From the sequence record SRR20825014_190: a stretch of 35,803 bases of DNA. One strand, written 5' to 3'. The position numbers were made by a program, and so were the translations under genes. Below are positions 19,219 to 29,367 of this stretch, piece by piece; position 1 is the first letter of the stretch; each line of letters opens with the position of its first letter. The notes below the pieces were generated by a model. The model had not been told where the DNA came from. It ran no database searches and saw nothing but the letters and a program-made list of their open reading frames with translations.

Positions 19219-19236
19219 AAAGAAAGAAAAGGAAAC
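19219..19236 (-). promoter_or_regulatory. Polypyrimidine tract retained upstream of the LRR pseudogene
   Basis: Minus strand TTTCCTTTTCTTTCTTT followed by ACCTAG, just upstream of the ATG ATG ATG at 19198. Confidence 0.5.
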
Positions 19237-19621
19237 AATTAATGAACAATAGTAGAATATGAAGTCCAAAATTGCACACCAACGCTGATCAGTCACACAC
19301 TATGGAGATTGTGTTGATATTGACTGACAGTCGTTGATAAAGCAACATGTACACAATTGATGAATATTTGAGAGAGTTAATTCTGAGTTGGGATTTTATT
19401 GACGTGATTGTGATTTGAGTATTTGTGATGTGAGAATAGGTTGGTGGTGGGGTGTAAACACAGCTAATAAATTATACGAAATGAACCATCTAAAACACAG
19501 GCCCTTTCAGCGCACTTTTTCCACTCATTCAACTGCTACCTACGTATAAGGTAGATAGTGATTGGAGGAGTCGAACAGTACACAAAAAGGGGTCTGTATT
19601 ATAGATGGCACAAGTCGATAA

Positions 19622-20449
19622 TTATATTAAGTGTGAATGGGCATTGCTGGCAACCTCGCCAACACCAGCAGCCCCACTGGTATTTCCTGTGGGGACGCTG
19701 TAAGAGACAACTTGGATCCTCACGCAGCAACATGGCAGGCCGGCAGATAAGTAGTGACGATCCTTCTGTATCATAAAACGGCGGCCCTTTGTGGACTTGG
19801 TCGCAAAGAGGTCGGTGTAGTCCTTCATGACGATCTCACTGCCAACATGTAAACAGGTACGATCCATTAGAATGGGGAATGTAGTGTTGACCCCACCACG
19901 GGGGGTGCAGCGATCAGCGACAGGGAGGTGGGATGTTGGGAGGGGATGGTCGTGGGAGATCTTAAACTCAAAGAAGGGAAGTGAGAAGTCTGGAGTACAG
20001 CGGATGCTTACCTGGTGGGGATAGTTGGTGCCGTGGAGGCTATAATGCAGGGCATCGATAATCGACTTCATCATCGCGCATAGGTGGTCGGCAGAGACGC
20101 GATTGGCATCATCCCGCTCACAGGACCTCATAAAGGGCAAGTTCTGCACGCGGAGGACAGTGTAGTAGTAGCCTTTCAGGATGTAGGGGTTGTGGCGATC
20201 CTGCTTGCGAGTTGCGTACTTAATCCGATGGGGGCGGTTGGGGAGAAGGGAGTGTCGTTCCAAGGTCTCGGAGAGGAACAGCCTACGTAGGTCTTTCGTC
20301 TCACTGTCGGCAGCATCCTCATTCACGACAGATGCCAAGTCGGCAAAGGGGAAGTGACGGTCACCGTTGGATTGCGGCATCTTATTACTGATACGTGGGG
20401 CAGTTAGGCGATCGGCGACAACAACGGCGCTGTTATCAACGTTGTCCAT
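19622..20449 (-). CDS. Hypothetical protein
   Basis: 275 aa ORF on the coding strand; pyrimidine tract and AG directly before the ATG (CCCTCTTCCCCCCAAG-ATG). Confidence 0.7.
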   Translation of the reverse strand: MDNVDNSAVVVADRLTAPRISNKMPQSNGDRHFPFADLASVVNEDAADSETKDLRRLFLSETLERHSLLPNRPHRIKYATRKQDRHNPYILKGYYYTVLRVQNLPFMRSCERDDANRVSADHLCAMMKSIIDALHYSLHGTNYPHQVSIRCTPDFSLPFFEFKISHDHPLPTSHLPVADRCTPRGGVNTTFPILMDRTCLHVGSEIVMKDYTDLFATKSTKGRRFMIQKDRHYLSAGLPCCCVRIQVVSYSVPTGNTSGAAGVGEVASNAHSHLI

Positions 20450-20615
20450 CTTGGGGGGAAGAGGGTTGAAGGGTGTGCTAATATGATAAATAAAACATAA
20501 ATGCGAGGGTAAATTGAAATGAAAGCATTACAACACGTGCTGTCAGTTCTTCAAATTTATTAATTTCTGTAAACCTAAATAATAATTAAAGTAGAAAACA
20601 ATAATAATAGTAGTA

Positions 20616-23600
20616 TTACAGTGGGACTACTTCCTCCACATCGCCGTCATCCCACCTACTTCGCTCAGGGGTAGCATAGGAGGACCACCCGCCACTACCA
20701 CCACTACTACTACCCCCCTCCTCTACTACTGGCTGGCTAGTGGCATGGTATAGTGTTGGCACGTTGTCAGATGTGGTGGTGGTGGTGGTGGTATCGGCGG
20801 TTGCCATATTGGTGTACTCCTTAAATATAGCAGGGACGGTAAAGGACACCCCCTCATCACCCCCATCAAATACAAAATCCTTCCCATATTCCTCTGCAGA
20901 TCGAGTCGGGGGCTGGTGGGTGCTACTTGAGGGTTGGGTGTGGGTGTGGGAGGGAGAGCAGGGAGGGAGGGGCCCCATTATATGTTGGGAGGGGGGAACA
21001 CCTGATGGAACACCTCCACCTCCTCCCATGTGTAGCCCCTTGAGGACCAGCTTACACACCGCATTGGCAGCAGCATATGCATACCTACCACTATCCCACT
21101 CCCCCGCCTCTACCACCACATCACCGGACCACCCCCCACCGAGAGTAAACGGCCATATGTGCAGTAGGTGTGGAAGGTCCTCCACCACCCAATCCGCAGG
21201 GGTATCGTCCAAAATATAACACCGCCGTAATAAGGGCCGCTCCAACGGCTGTGTCACTCCTATAGTATTGGTAAACCGGTCGTAGGTGGTGTGGAAGTAC
21301 GTCACGACACGTGAAATGGACTTCCGAATGTTGTTCGAGGTGTGGGATCGGGCCGAGATTGCAATGTCCTCCGAGCACATTACACGTGGTGATAGGGGAT
21401 CATAGTCATGGGGTGCGAGGGGTCCGAAGAGGTGGCCGTGGGGATCCACCAACGCTCTCAACACAGCCCTCACCCTACTACGTTTGGACTTTGTGACTAG
21501 TATCAACAACAGCCCCGAGACGACCAGGCGCCTCAAGAGCGCAGCCACCCCGGGCCGGAGCACAACGGTCTCACTCCTCTCAACCGCCTCCCCTCGGATG
21601 TACACCGTGTATTGTATGTCGGCGGTATGGATGGCGGTGGGGGGCAGGGACTCTATTAGCATAGGGGAGTTGTCTATCAATGTCCTATCAAGGTCGATAA
21701 AGGCCGCAATTCCGTGGAGGGGGGCAAAGCACGGCTGGACCATCAGGTACGGATGTGGTGACGGTGATGATGCTGCTAGTCGACCAATGGGAAGGGGGGT
21801 AGCGGCCACACGAAGGGACATACCACCCTCATGTTGCTGCGAGCCCACAATACCGCCTAGGGGGGTTAAGGACATCAACATCAGGAATGTGGAGTCCTCA
21901 GAGGAGGCACCCCTGTTGATAGAGAGGGATATACCAATGGGAGGCGGGGTGTAGGAGGCAGGGGCGGAGGGGGAACTTCCATCTACAACAGTAGTAGTAC
22001 GCAGGGGTGGGGTGGCTTCAATACACCTAAGTATACGCTGTAATAACTTAGCAGCACCCCTCCTTTGTACGTCGTCGTCACTATCACATCCCGTGTCGGA
22101 GCCCAAGGGACGGCTAAACAATGTCAATCCAACCGAGCCACTTGTACCCGATGGTGGAGGGGTAGTGAAGTCGGGTGGTAGAACAAAGATATCTAGATGC
22201 AGGGGCATAACGAACCAACGATTGATTCGGGCAAGAAGGGCAGTGGAGGCGGCATCATCGGACAATGGCACAAGGTGGGGGTACGCCCACCCAACATCTA
22301 CCCCCATGAAAGATACATGCCGCTGTAGCAGGCCTTGTAACACTTCATCATCATCCTCATCACAGAGGGTATTATCGCCACCAACCCCCTGGGACCACGC
22401 ATCCCGTTGGAGCCTCTCCACAGGCAACTGGTGGTACTTTGTAGTAGTTGTAGTAGAAGACAACTTACCCCCTAGGTATGCCGATCCAATGGAGTGCTCC
22501 AATGCAGCGGCCACATTGGATAAATAGCCAGAGGAGGAGGTTGGTGGAGGTCGTATGTGGGGAGATGAGGGAAGGGGGTCGTAGGTTGACCCAAACAGAG
22601 CCACATCGGTGGCATCGACCTCGGACAGGGGTACTAGGGACAGTTGTGTCATACCACCATATCCATCTGTATGAGTGGTATCTATGCCGTTCCATACTAC
22701 CAGTTGGTGGCCGCTGTGGGAGGAGGCATAGTCATCATCATCATCATGGTCTTCATCGCCCCCGTTATTCATACCAGCTCGAGGTTCAGTACATTGATCT
22801 ATGCACAGCCTACACCACAGCCGTACAGGTGCCCCAGGGAGTAGGGGCCCTGTTGGGCTGTCCTCGGGGCGATGTTCCCCTACTACGAACAGCAGCTCCA
22901 TATTTCCTAGACAGGGCCGGCTGTGTGTGCAAGTGTCCTCTCCCAGCCGCGGGACTACATCTACCCTACACCTATATCGGGATGGTGTGGGCCGTACTAC
23001 CACTCGGTCCCTCTTCTTACCAACCAATGGGGACCTTGGGGGTGATGAGGATGAGGAGGATGATGTGGCGGCATCATCACTCCCTGTGTGCTCCAACACA
23101 AGAGTGGTGTGCCGCAACAAGGAGCATATAGACTCAGTGGGAGACATGTTGGCGGAGCGTTGTATGTAGTCGGAAATACACAACACAATATCCTCCTCAT
23201 CGTCGTCGTAATCAGCATCCCGTTTCACTATCGACGAGGATTGGGTGTTAGTAAGGGGTGAGAGTGGGGTGGAAGTTGGGGAGTTAGTAGCTGTGGTGGT
23301 GAGCACATAGTCGGGAGCTGATAATATAGGGGAGGAGGGGTTACTGTGGGTGGGTATGGAGGGGGTGGATGGTGCCATGCCCATGAGGGGGTTAGTGAGG
23401 GCAGCACGCTCCTCACTACCCACCTCTATCAGTTCTAGGATTTGGGAGGCTCCTAGTAGAGCCCCAAAGGCAGCATGTAGCAGCATCTGCCTTGTCCTCT
23501 CTACCTTCTTAGCCAATAGCTGTAATCGATATAATATCCGCTCATCACGACCTCGGCGGGATGCTGCTACTGCCTCCTGTAAAGTACCCCCACCACTGGT

Positions 23601-24173
23601 GTGAGGGTCATCACCACTGTAGTTGTTGGCAACATCCCTACTACCAACCACGACGACGACCTCCAACATAAGGCCATCCATCGCCACGTTGGATGTGTAA
23701 ATGGATGGTTGTTCATCATAGGAAGATGTACCACCTCCCGACGACTGTATTAGTAATAGTTGGTGTAGTGTGTTAGATATGGCACTGATGGGTAGGTTTT
23801 CGGCATAGGGGGAGTACCCCACCCATATCGATGTATACCCTCCGTGTTGGAGGGAAAGGAGGGGGGCAGGAGTGGATGTGATACGTAGGGACCCATTATG
23901 GAGGGAGGCGGCATGGGTGGTACTGTGCACCTCCTCTACCATCTCAGCTAGCTGCCAACAGGACCGTACGGCATCAGGGACGGCCTTTCTACGCCTATCC
24001 TCCATCGAGGAGGCACTACCACCCACTTCCCCCCTCTCAGCGGTATTAGGTGGTGGTGGTGGTGTGCACCCCAATATCCTAGCAGCCGATGTAAGTTCGG
24101 ATAAATACTCGCATAGATCATGTAGCTGGGTATTACGCACCTTGGGGCCCGATGAACGAGCCGGCACCAACAT
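20616..24173 (-). CDS. FCP1/SCP (NIF, HAD-superfamily) CTD-phosphatase-like protein with long N-terminal extension
   Basis: 1185 aa; FIDLDRTL (DxDxT), LRPGV, VTKS, LVDPHGHLFG, ILDDTPADW and LLHIWPF occur in FCP1 order in the C-terminal third. Confidence 0.82.
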   Translation of the reverse strand: MLVPARSSGPKVRNTQLHDLCEYLSELTSAARILGCTPPPPPNTAERGEVGGSASSMEDRRRKAVPDAVRSCWQLAEMVEEVHSTTHAASLHNGSLRITSTPAPLLSLQHGGYTSIWVGYSPYAENLPISAISNTLHQLLLIQSSGGGTSSYDEQPSIYTSNVAMDGLMLEVVVVVGSRDVANNYSGDDPHTSGGGTLQEAVAASRRGRDERILYRLQLLAKKVERTRQMLLHAAFGALLGASQILELIEVGSEERAALTNPLMGMAPSTPSIPTHSNPSSPILSAPDYVLTTTATNSPTSTPLSPLTNTQSSSIVKRDADYDDDEEDIVLCISDYIQRSANMSPTESICSLLRHTTLVLEHTGSDDAATSSSSSSSPPRSPLVGKKRDRVVVRPTPSRYRCRVDVVPRLGEDTCTHSRPCLGNMELLFVVGEHRPEDSPTGPLLPGAPVRLWCRLCIDQCTEPRAGMNNGGDEDHDDDDDYASSHSGHQLVVWNGIDTTHTDGYGGMTQLSLVPLSEVDATDVALFGSTYDPLPSSPHIRPPPTSSSGYLSNVAAALEHSIGSAYLGGKLSSTTTTTKYHQLPVERLQRDAWSQGVGGDNTLCDEDDDEVLQGLLQRHVSFMGVDVGWAYPHLVPLSDDAASTALLARINRWFVMPLHLDIFVLPPDFTTPPPSGTSGSVGLTLFSRPLGSDTGCDSDDDVQRRGAAKLLQRILRCIEATPPLRTTTVVDGSSPSAPASYTPPPIGISLSINRGASSEDSTFLMLMSLTPLGGIVGSQQHEGGMSLRVAATPLPIGRLAASSPSPHPYLMVQPCFAPLHGIAAFIDLDRTLIDNSPMLIESLPPTAIHTADIQYTVYIRGEAVERSETVVLRPGVAALLRRLVVSGLLLILVTKSKRSRVRAVLRALVDPHGHLFGPLAPHDYDPLSPRVMCSEDIAISARSHTSNNIRKSISRVVTYFHTTYDRFTNTIGVTQPLERPLLRRCYILDDTPADWVVEDLPHLLHIWPFTLGGGWSGDVVVEAGEWDSGRYAYAAANAVCKLVLKGLHMGGGGGVPSGVPPSQHIMGPLPPCSPSHTHTQPSSSTHQPPTRSAEEYGKDFVFDGGDEGVSFTVPAIFKEYTNMATADTTTTTTTSDNVPTLYHATSQPVVEEGGSSSGGSGGWSSYATPERSRWDDGDVEEVVPL

Positions 24174-24400
24174 TTATAATAATAATTAAAAGTAAATAAA
24201 TATATTTGTAATTGTTCTGCAACTTGAATGTAATGAAAGGGAATGAAGGGAATTGATTGAAGTTCAACACAATTCACAATTAGAGGTACTGTGCCTATCA
24301 TGTAAGTGTGTAACAATGTAATAATAACAATAATAATAATAGCATTGCGATGGTAAATATCACTGTGTATATATCTATACTTTTATGTGTGTATCCCTAT

Positions 24401-26947
24401 CTACTTGGTATCATCGTCGCTACGCTTCCTCTTGGCCTCCACTTGTAGGAATTCCTTAAATTGTTGTACCTCAGCATCCCCCCTCGGAACGCACCTAAGC
24501 AGCTCCTGCCCTAGCAGGGTAATATCCCCCCCTTTGAACTGACTGCAGCTCTCAATCTCTGCTGCCGAGGTGGTTGGGAGGGGAGCAGTTGGGGAGGATG
24601 GGGCGGAGGATGGGACAGGGGTCTTGGAAATGATGGAGGTGACAGCCTCCTCGCGGTCCTGATCGGTGGCCTTTAGGTTATACATCCCCGCCGACATGAC
24701 GGCCTGTGCGAGCTGCTCCTTGTCCTTGGCGATGGCGGTGATACGTTCCTCTTGAGCATGCTGGATGGCAAGCCGGAACACCTTAACGTGCTTAGATTGG
24801 CCTACCCTGTACACACGAGAGAGAGCTTGCAGGTCCCGCTGCGGGTTGTAGTCCTCATCTAGCATAATGACAGTATCGGCCGCCTGGAGATTCAAGCCCA
24901 CCCCTCCTGCAATCTTAGAAATAAGGAAACAGGGTAGATCCGCACAGGGGGCAGTATTAAACTGCTGGATACGGTCCGCGCGGTTATCGCCTGATACACT
25001 ACCACATAGCCTTACGTACGGCATATCCCTCTCTATGTTCATCGACTCCACCAAGTCCAACACCTTGGTCCAAGAACAGAATATTAAAAACTTGTGGTTT
25101 CCAGTTGCCCACAGGAATCTCGTCATCAGGTCCAGGGCATAGAACTTACCGCTGGAGTAGATGACCTCCTCAGAGATGTAGTAGGAGGTGCGATCCACCA
25201 GATATGGATGCAGCAACACCTTCCTAAAATCGATTGCGGTGCAGCCTGTAAACATACCAGCACTACGACGCTCCTCTAAGACGGTAAGAAGACCCTTCTG
25301 ATGGGCAGATGTGGGGCAGGTGATGACGTACTCATCCTTAGCCGGCATGTTGGTTAGCACATCGTCCCTCTCCCTCCTGAGTAGGAAGGGCTCGATGAGA
25401 CGATGCAGCCTACGGCATACATAAATACGCAACTGTTCGTTTTGGAACAACTGGGCCTCCTCACCACCACCAACTGCTGCCGAGGAGGAGCCCCCTGCTG
25501 CAGCGGTCTGGCGTAAAATCGCATCGACCAGCTCGGCCAAGGAGCCAAACTGGGTTGTTGAGCGCTTCTTGGACTGCTTAGTCGCCAACAGGGGGATCAT
25601 AAACTTGATGAGGGAAAGTAGCTCACGGACCGAGTTCTGTAGGGGGGTACCTGTGAGGATCAGCTTTGAGTGGAACAGCATCCCATCGAGGGCGGTGTAC
25701 AATGTAGACTCCGAGTTCTTAATACGGTGGGCCTCGTCCACCACTAACATACCCCACTGGACACCACGTAGCTTAGACACAGCCGACCCCCTTGGCATCT
25801 TCCTTGCCAACGAATCGAACTGCATCAACAACACATCCACCTCACCCTTCAGTACCCTCTTAGCCACAGCATTCCTCGCTGTCACATCGCCAACTAAGGA
25901 GGCGATCCGCTGGGTTGGATCGAACACTGCAAACTCACTCTTCCAGTTGGTGAGGGTCGATAGTGGGGCCACAATCAAGATGGGGCCTGTCCGGCCCCGT
26001 AAAGTGGACTTGGGTGCGAGCCGTCGTGCCTGTAGGAGGGCAATGGTCTGGACGGTCTTGCCCAGTCCCATCTCGTCGGCCAGGATTGTATTCCACCCCT
26101 CCTGCCACAGCTCATATAGCCATGCTACTCCTTCTTTTTGGAAGTTCATAAGGCGGGAGTAGATGGGGGTGGAGCGTACATGCCGATCACCAGAGGCCTC
26201 TATCATGCCCGTACCAGCAGGGGGCGGGGGAAGGGACAATTTATTAATTGCCTCCTCTATCTCCTCCACTACCTCTAAAAGTAATCTATCGGGGCTGTCT
26301 GGGGGTGCATTTCGAAGGAGGGCTACAAATGAGCTACCCTCGTCGTCCTTAGAGAGCATGCCTAGTCTGGCTCTATGCTGCTCTCGTTGGTGCCACCTGG
26401 TAGCCGCATCACAGATAGCCCCAGCTGCCTCATCACCTATCTCTAGTCTATCGGTTTGGGACTGTAGGCGGGCAACAACACCCTCACAGCACGCATCCCA
26501 TACCTGTTTCCCAGTTTGCACACCACGACGCGTACCTGCTCGGCCAGCGATTGCGCTACCTGACCGTGATAATGGTACTGTTAGTGGTGAGAAGCCTGTA
26601 TTACCGATCCCCATGGGTAGTTGGTACGACTCCCTGCCCCTTGCAACCTCTACACTTGAGCTACAACTACGGGTGGAGGTAAAGCTGTCCTGGAGGAGGC
26701 TGCTGAGGTCGGAGTCGGGATACGTCGAACGGGAGGAGAATTGACGCGACGTGGAGGTGGATTGAGAAGATAGCCTCTCGTCATTGTGGGGGCATGATGG
26801 TGCGGATACAGGGGTACGACTGGGGGAGGAGGCCATATCCTCCTCACTACTATTGGCAGGAGTAACACCATGACGCTCCGTCAGCATGGTCCTGCAGGAT
26901 CGTAGCCGCTCTCTGAGGGCAGACAACCTACCGGAGTCGCCTTGCAT
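24401..26947 (-). CDS. SNF2-family chromatin-remodelling ATPase
   Basis: 848 aa; ILADEMGLGKT, APLSTLTNW, DEAHRIKN, LTGTPLQN, PFLLRR, SSGKF, GGVGLNLQAADTV, NPQRDLQALSRVYRVGQ. Confidence 0.93.
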   Translation of the reverse strand: MQGDSGRLSALRERLRSCRTMLTERHGVTPANSSEEDMASSPSRTPVSAPSCPHNDERLSSQSTSTSRQFSSRSTYPDSDLSSLLQDSFTSTRSCSSSVEVARGRESYQLPMGIGNTGFSPLTVPLSRSGSAIAGRAGTRRGVQTGKQVWDACCEGVVARLQSQTDRLEIGDEAAGAICDAATRWHQREQHRARLGMLSKDDEGSSFVALLRNAPPDSPDRLLLEVVEEIEEAINKLSLPPPPAGTGMIEASGDRHVRSTPIYSRLMNFQKEGVAWLYELWQEGWNTILADEMGLGKTVQTIALLQARRLAPKSTLRGRTGPILIVAPLSTLTNWKSEFAVFDPTQRIASLVGDVTARNAVAKRVLKGEVDVLLMQFDSLARKMPRGSAVSKLRGVQWGMLVVDEAHRIKNSESTLYTALDGMLFHSKLILTGTPLQNSVRELLSLIKFMIPLLATKQSKKRSTTQFGSLAELVDAILRQTAAAGGSSSAAVGGGEEAQLFQNEQLRIYVCRRLHRLIEPFLLRRERDDVLTNMPAKDEYVITCPTSAHQKGLLTVLEERRSAGMFTGCTAIDFRKVLLHPYLVDRTSYYISEEVIYSSGKFYALDLMTRFLWATGNHKFLIFCSWTKVLDLVESMNIERDMPYVRLCGSVSGDNRADRIQQFNTAPCADLPCFLISKIAGGVGLNLQAADTVIMLDEDYNPQRDLQALSRVYRVGQSKHVKVFRLAIQHAQEERITAIAKDKEQLAQAVMSAGMYNLKATDQDREEAVTSIISKTPVPSSAPSSPTAPLPTTSAAEIESCSQFKGGDITLLGQELLRCVPRGDAEVQQFKEFLQVEAKRKRSDDDTK

Positions 26948-27115
26948 CTAAAACAATATAAATCTTACGAAAATTTGAGGAATGAAATTAAAATGACAAC
27001 ATGCGAATTAAAATATAAAGTGCTTCAATTATCATGATGGAATTATAAATATATTACTTTGAGCATAGTTCACAATTACTAACGACCACTCATCAGGGGT
27101 GGATAAATATTACCC

Positions 27116-27538
27116 CTACATTTGAAGGGGTACCTTCCCCTCCTTCATCTCGCCAATCTGGGCCTTAAGCCGCGCCATCTCCTCCCTCTGGCGCTTGATA
27201 TCGGCCTTATCGTTGGTGACGTATACCTTGGCCACAATGTCGCTCTTAGCCTTCTCTAGCAGGATGATGGGGATCTCCTTGGAAGTGTCTAACTTTAGAA
27301 TTCTGAGGACGTCCTTGGTATCTTGGGCCGCATCTACAGCTGCCCTGTCGTCGATGAGCATGGGGGATAGCATTAGGTAGGCTGTGGTGCCGACTAGGGT
27401 CCCACATGCTGTATTGAACCACCCCGACCTCTTCTCTAGAATCCTATCGAGGACTACCTTCTTACGGTAGAAGGTATGATGGGTGTAGAGGGTGGGGTTG
27501 ACCACATTCCAGAAGACAAATGTTGCCCACTTGACCAT
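27116..27538 (-). CDS. Small hypothetical protein with one predicted TM helix and C-terminal coiled coil (possibly mitochondrial)
   Basis: 140 aa; hydrophobic stretch WFNTACGTLVGTTAYLMLSPMLI; coding-like composition between AT-rich spacers. Confidence 0.7.
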   Translation of the reverse strand: MVKWATFVFWNVVNPTLYTHHTFYRKKVVLDRILEKRSGWFNTACGTLVGTTAYLMLSPMLIDDRAAVDAAQDTKDVLRILKLDTSKEIPIILLEKAKSDIVAKVYVTNDKADIKRQREEMARLKAQIGEMKEGKVPLQM

Positions 27539-27747
27539 AACGTTTAGAGTACACTATAAGCAATATAGATATAGAGGATGGTGGGGGAGATGAACGAAAT
27601 ATTGAACACAGATAGTTCACACATAAATTGGCACAACGAGGTTAGCAAGCGACACAGTGAGAATAAACATCTAAAATCTAGTGATGATGAATTCAATTCA
27701 ACTACAAGTATATTGCGGTGTGTTTGTTTGTTTGTTTACAATACTGC

Positions 27748-29205
27748 CTACTCCTCAAAGTGGAACCCTCTTGAGAACTTCTCTCCGAATCGCACAACCT
27801 CATCCGATACGTGCGACTCGACTGCAGCGAGGGCGTTGGCAGTGAAGTATCGGGCGGTGACCAGGAGAGTCTTGTACTCGCACTTTGAGACGTCGATGGG
27901 CTTGCTACCCGAGGTGTACCTATGGGTACTCCTACTATCATCCCCGATGGATGGCTCAGTGCCGTCTAGGGTGTACATGAGAATGAAGGAGGCTGGTGGG
28001 TCGTCGAAGGCAAGATAGAGATCATTGCAGGTGACACAAATGACGGGGGCGGGCAGTCTACCCCTCCTGGTCTTGGAGCTACGAGTGAGCTTCTGAAGGC
28101 TTACATCGTACACAGCCGCCTCACTGCGCTTTAGCCCATCTACATCGTCTGCATGCATAGGGACTGTCCATGCCAGAATCCGTGCCACATCAGCAGATAT
28201 GAGGAAGGGCTCGTTGTCGTATATTTGTGTCTCCATGTTGGCGTCGATGTCTACATAGCTGTTGTGCCGATCCTTGGTGTACTCGATACGGAAATGTACC
28301 GCACAGCTTGGATGTTGGGGGGGCTCAAAGTACAGCAACGCTCCTACGGCATCCACCTGTGCAGAGGGGGGTGGAATGGTGGGGTCGAATATGAGGGCAG
28401 ATCCAGGTAGGACACGGATATGTGCGACCGCCTCCGGACTAGCATTCACACCATCGCAGATTACCGCACGGATGGCGTAGTCGTGGTAGTTGGATCGAGG
28501 GGGGACGGGGAGGGTGAAGGGGCCTGTGTAGAGCATGGCGGGGAAGGAGCCGTCGGTGGAGTACTTGATCATCTCCCTACCCGTACAACCCGTCTCATCG
28601 TCCACAATGATCTTAACCTGGGTGCTGGAGGTGATCTCACCGCCCGCTGGTACAATAAGGGGCGGGGCCAAGAAAGGCATATCCCCATCATCACCCCTGG
28701 ACATGATTACACTAGAGTGGGGGGCCTCAACGTGGTAGTAGAAGTGCTGGATGTCTGCGACCCCGCGGTGGAGGGTGTGTGCCCGTATCACGTAGGCCCC
28801 AGGCTCCACGAGTGTAAGAGGGTTGCGGTACTGCAAATATCCCATCTGGGCGTCGTCCCTAGCAGCACGCTGGTGGACAGACACATTGGCCATCGCCGAC
28901 ATGTTGGGTGTGGCACCCCTGAGAGCAGCGTAGTTGTCGTAGTTGGCATGGGACTCGTGGATTACCTTCACATAGATGTCCTTTGACTGTGGGTTGTTGC
29001 TCTCAAGACGGACCACTAGAGGGGAGGGGTAGCTACGACAGTCTGGGGGGGAGCAGCTCACAGTGGGTACCTGGGCCTGTCTGACAGGAATGTCCCTCCT
29101 TCTTGTTGAGCGGTAGCAGCACCAAATGCACAGGACGACGATGGCTACTAGCACCACCAAACCACACAGGCTGAATATAATGATGTTGGTGGTGGAAAGC
29201 GCCAT
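27748..29205 (-). CDS. N-terminally anchored membrane protein with Fn3-associated / chitobiase C-terminal (CHB_HEX_C)-like domains
   Basis: 485 aa; TM IIIFSLCGLVVLVAIVVLCIWCC then RSTRRR; repeats PLIVPAGG...IKYSTDGSFP...YTGPFTL and PAPVI...MYTLDGTEPS...YT. Confidence 0.8.
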   Translation of the reverse strand: MALSTTNIIIFSLCGLVVLVAIVVLCIWCCYRSTRRRDIPVRQAQVPTVSCSPPDCRSYPSPLVVRLESNNPQSKDIYVKVIHESHANYDNYAALRGATPNMSAMANVSVHQRAARDDAQMGYLQYRNPLTLVEPGAYVIRAHTLHRGVADIQHFYYHVEAPHSSVIMSRGDDGDMPFLAPPLIVPAGGEITSSTQVKIIVDDETGCTGREMIKYSTDGSFPAMLYTGPFTLPVPPRSNYHDYAIRAVICDGVNASPEAVAHIRVLPGSALIFDPTIPPPSAQVDAVGALLYFEPPQHPSCAVHFRIEYTKDRHNSYVDIDANMETQIYDNEPFLISADVARILAWTVPMHADDVDGLKRSEAAVYDVSLQKLTRSSKTRRGRLPAPVICVTCNDLYLAFDDPPASFILMYTLDGTEPSIGDDSRSTHRYTSGSKPIDVSKCEYKTLLVTARYFTANALAAVESHVSDEVVRFGEKFSRGFHFEE

Positions 29206-29367
29206 GTAAATGTGTGCCCTTACCTTTATAATTATAAAAAATTGGAAGTGGAAGTGTGATAAAAATAAGAAACACGTGATAATGCCAGTTTAATCCAATA
29301 GTACCCATTCAAAGGTAAATATTCGAAAGCAATGTAAATGGGTGTGGGTGTAGACACATCTCCGTTT

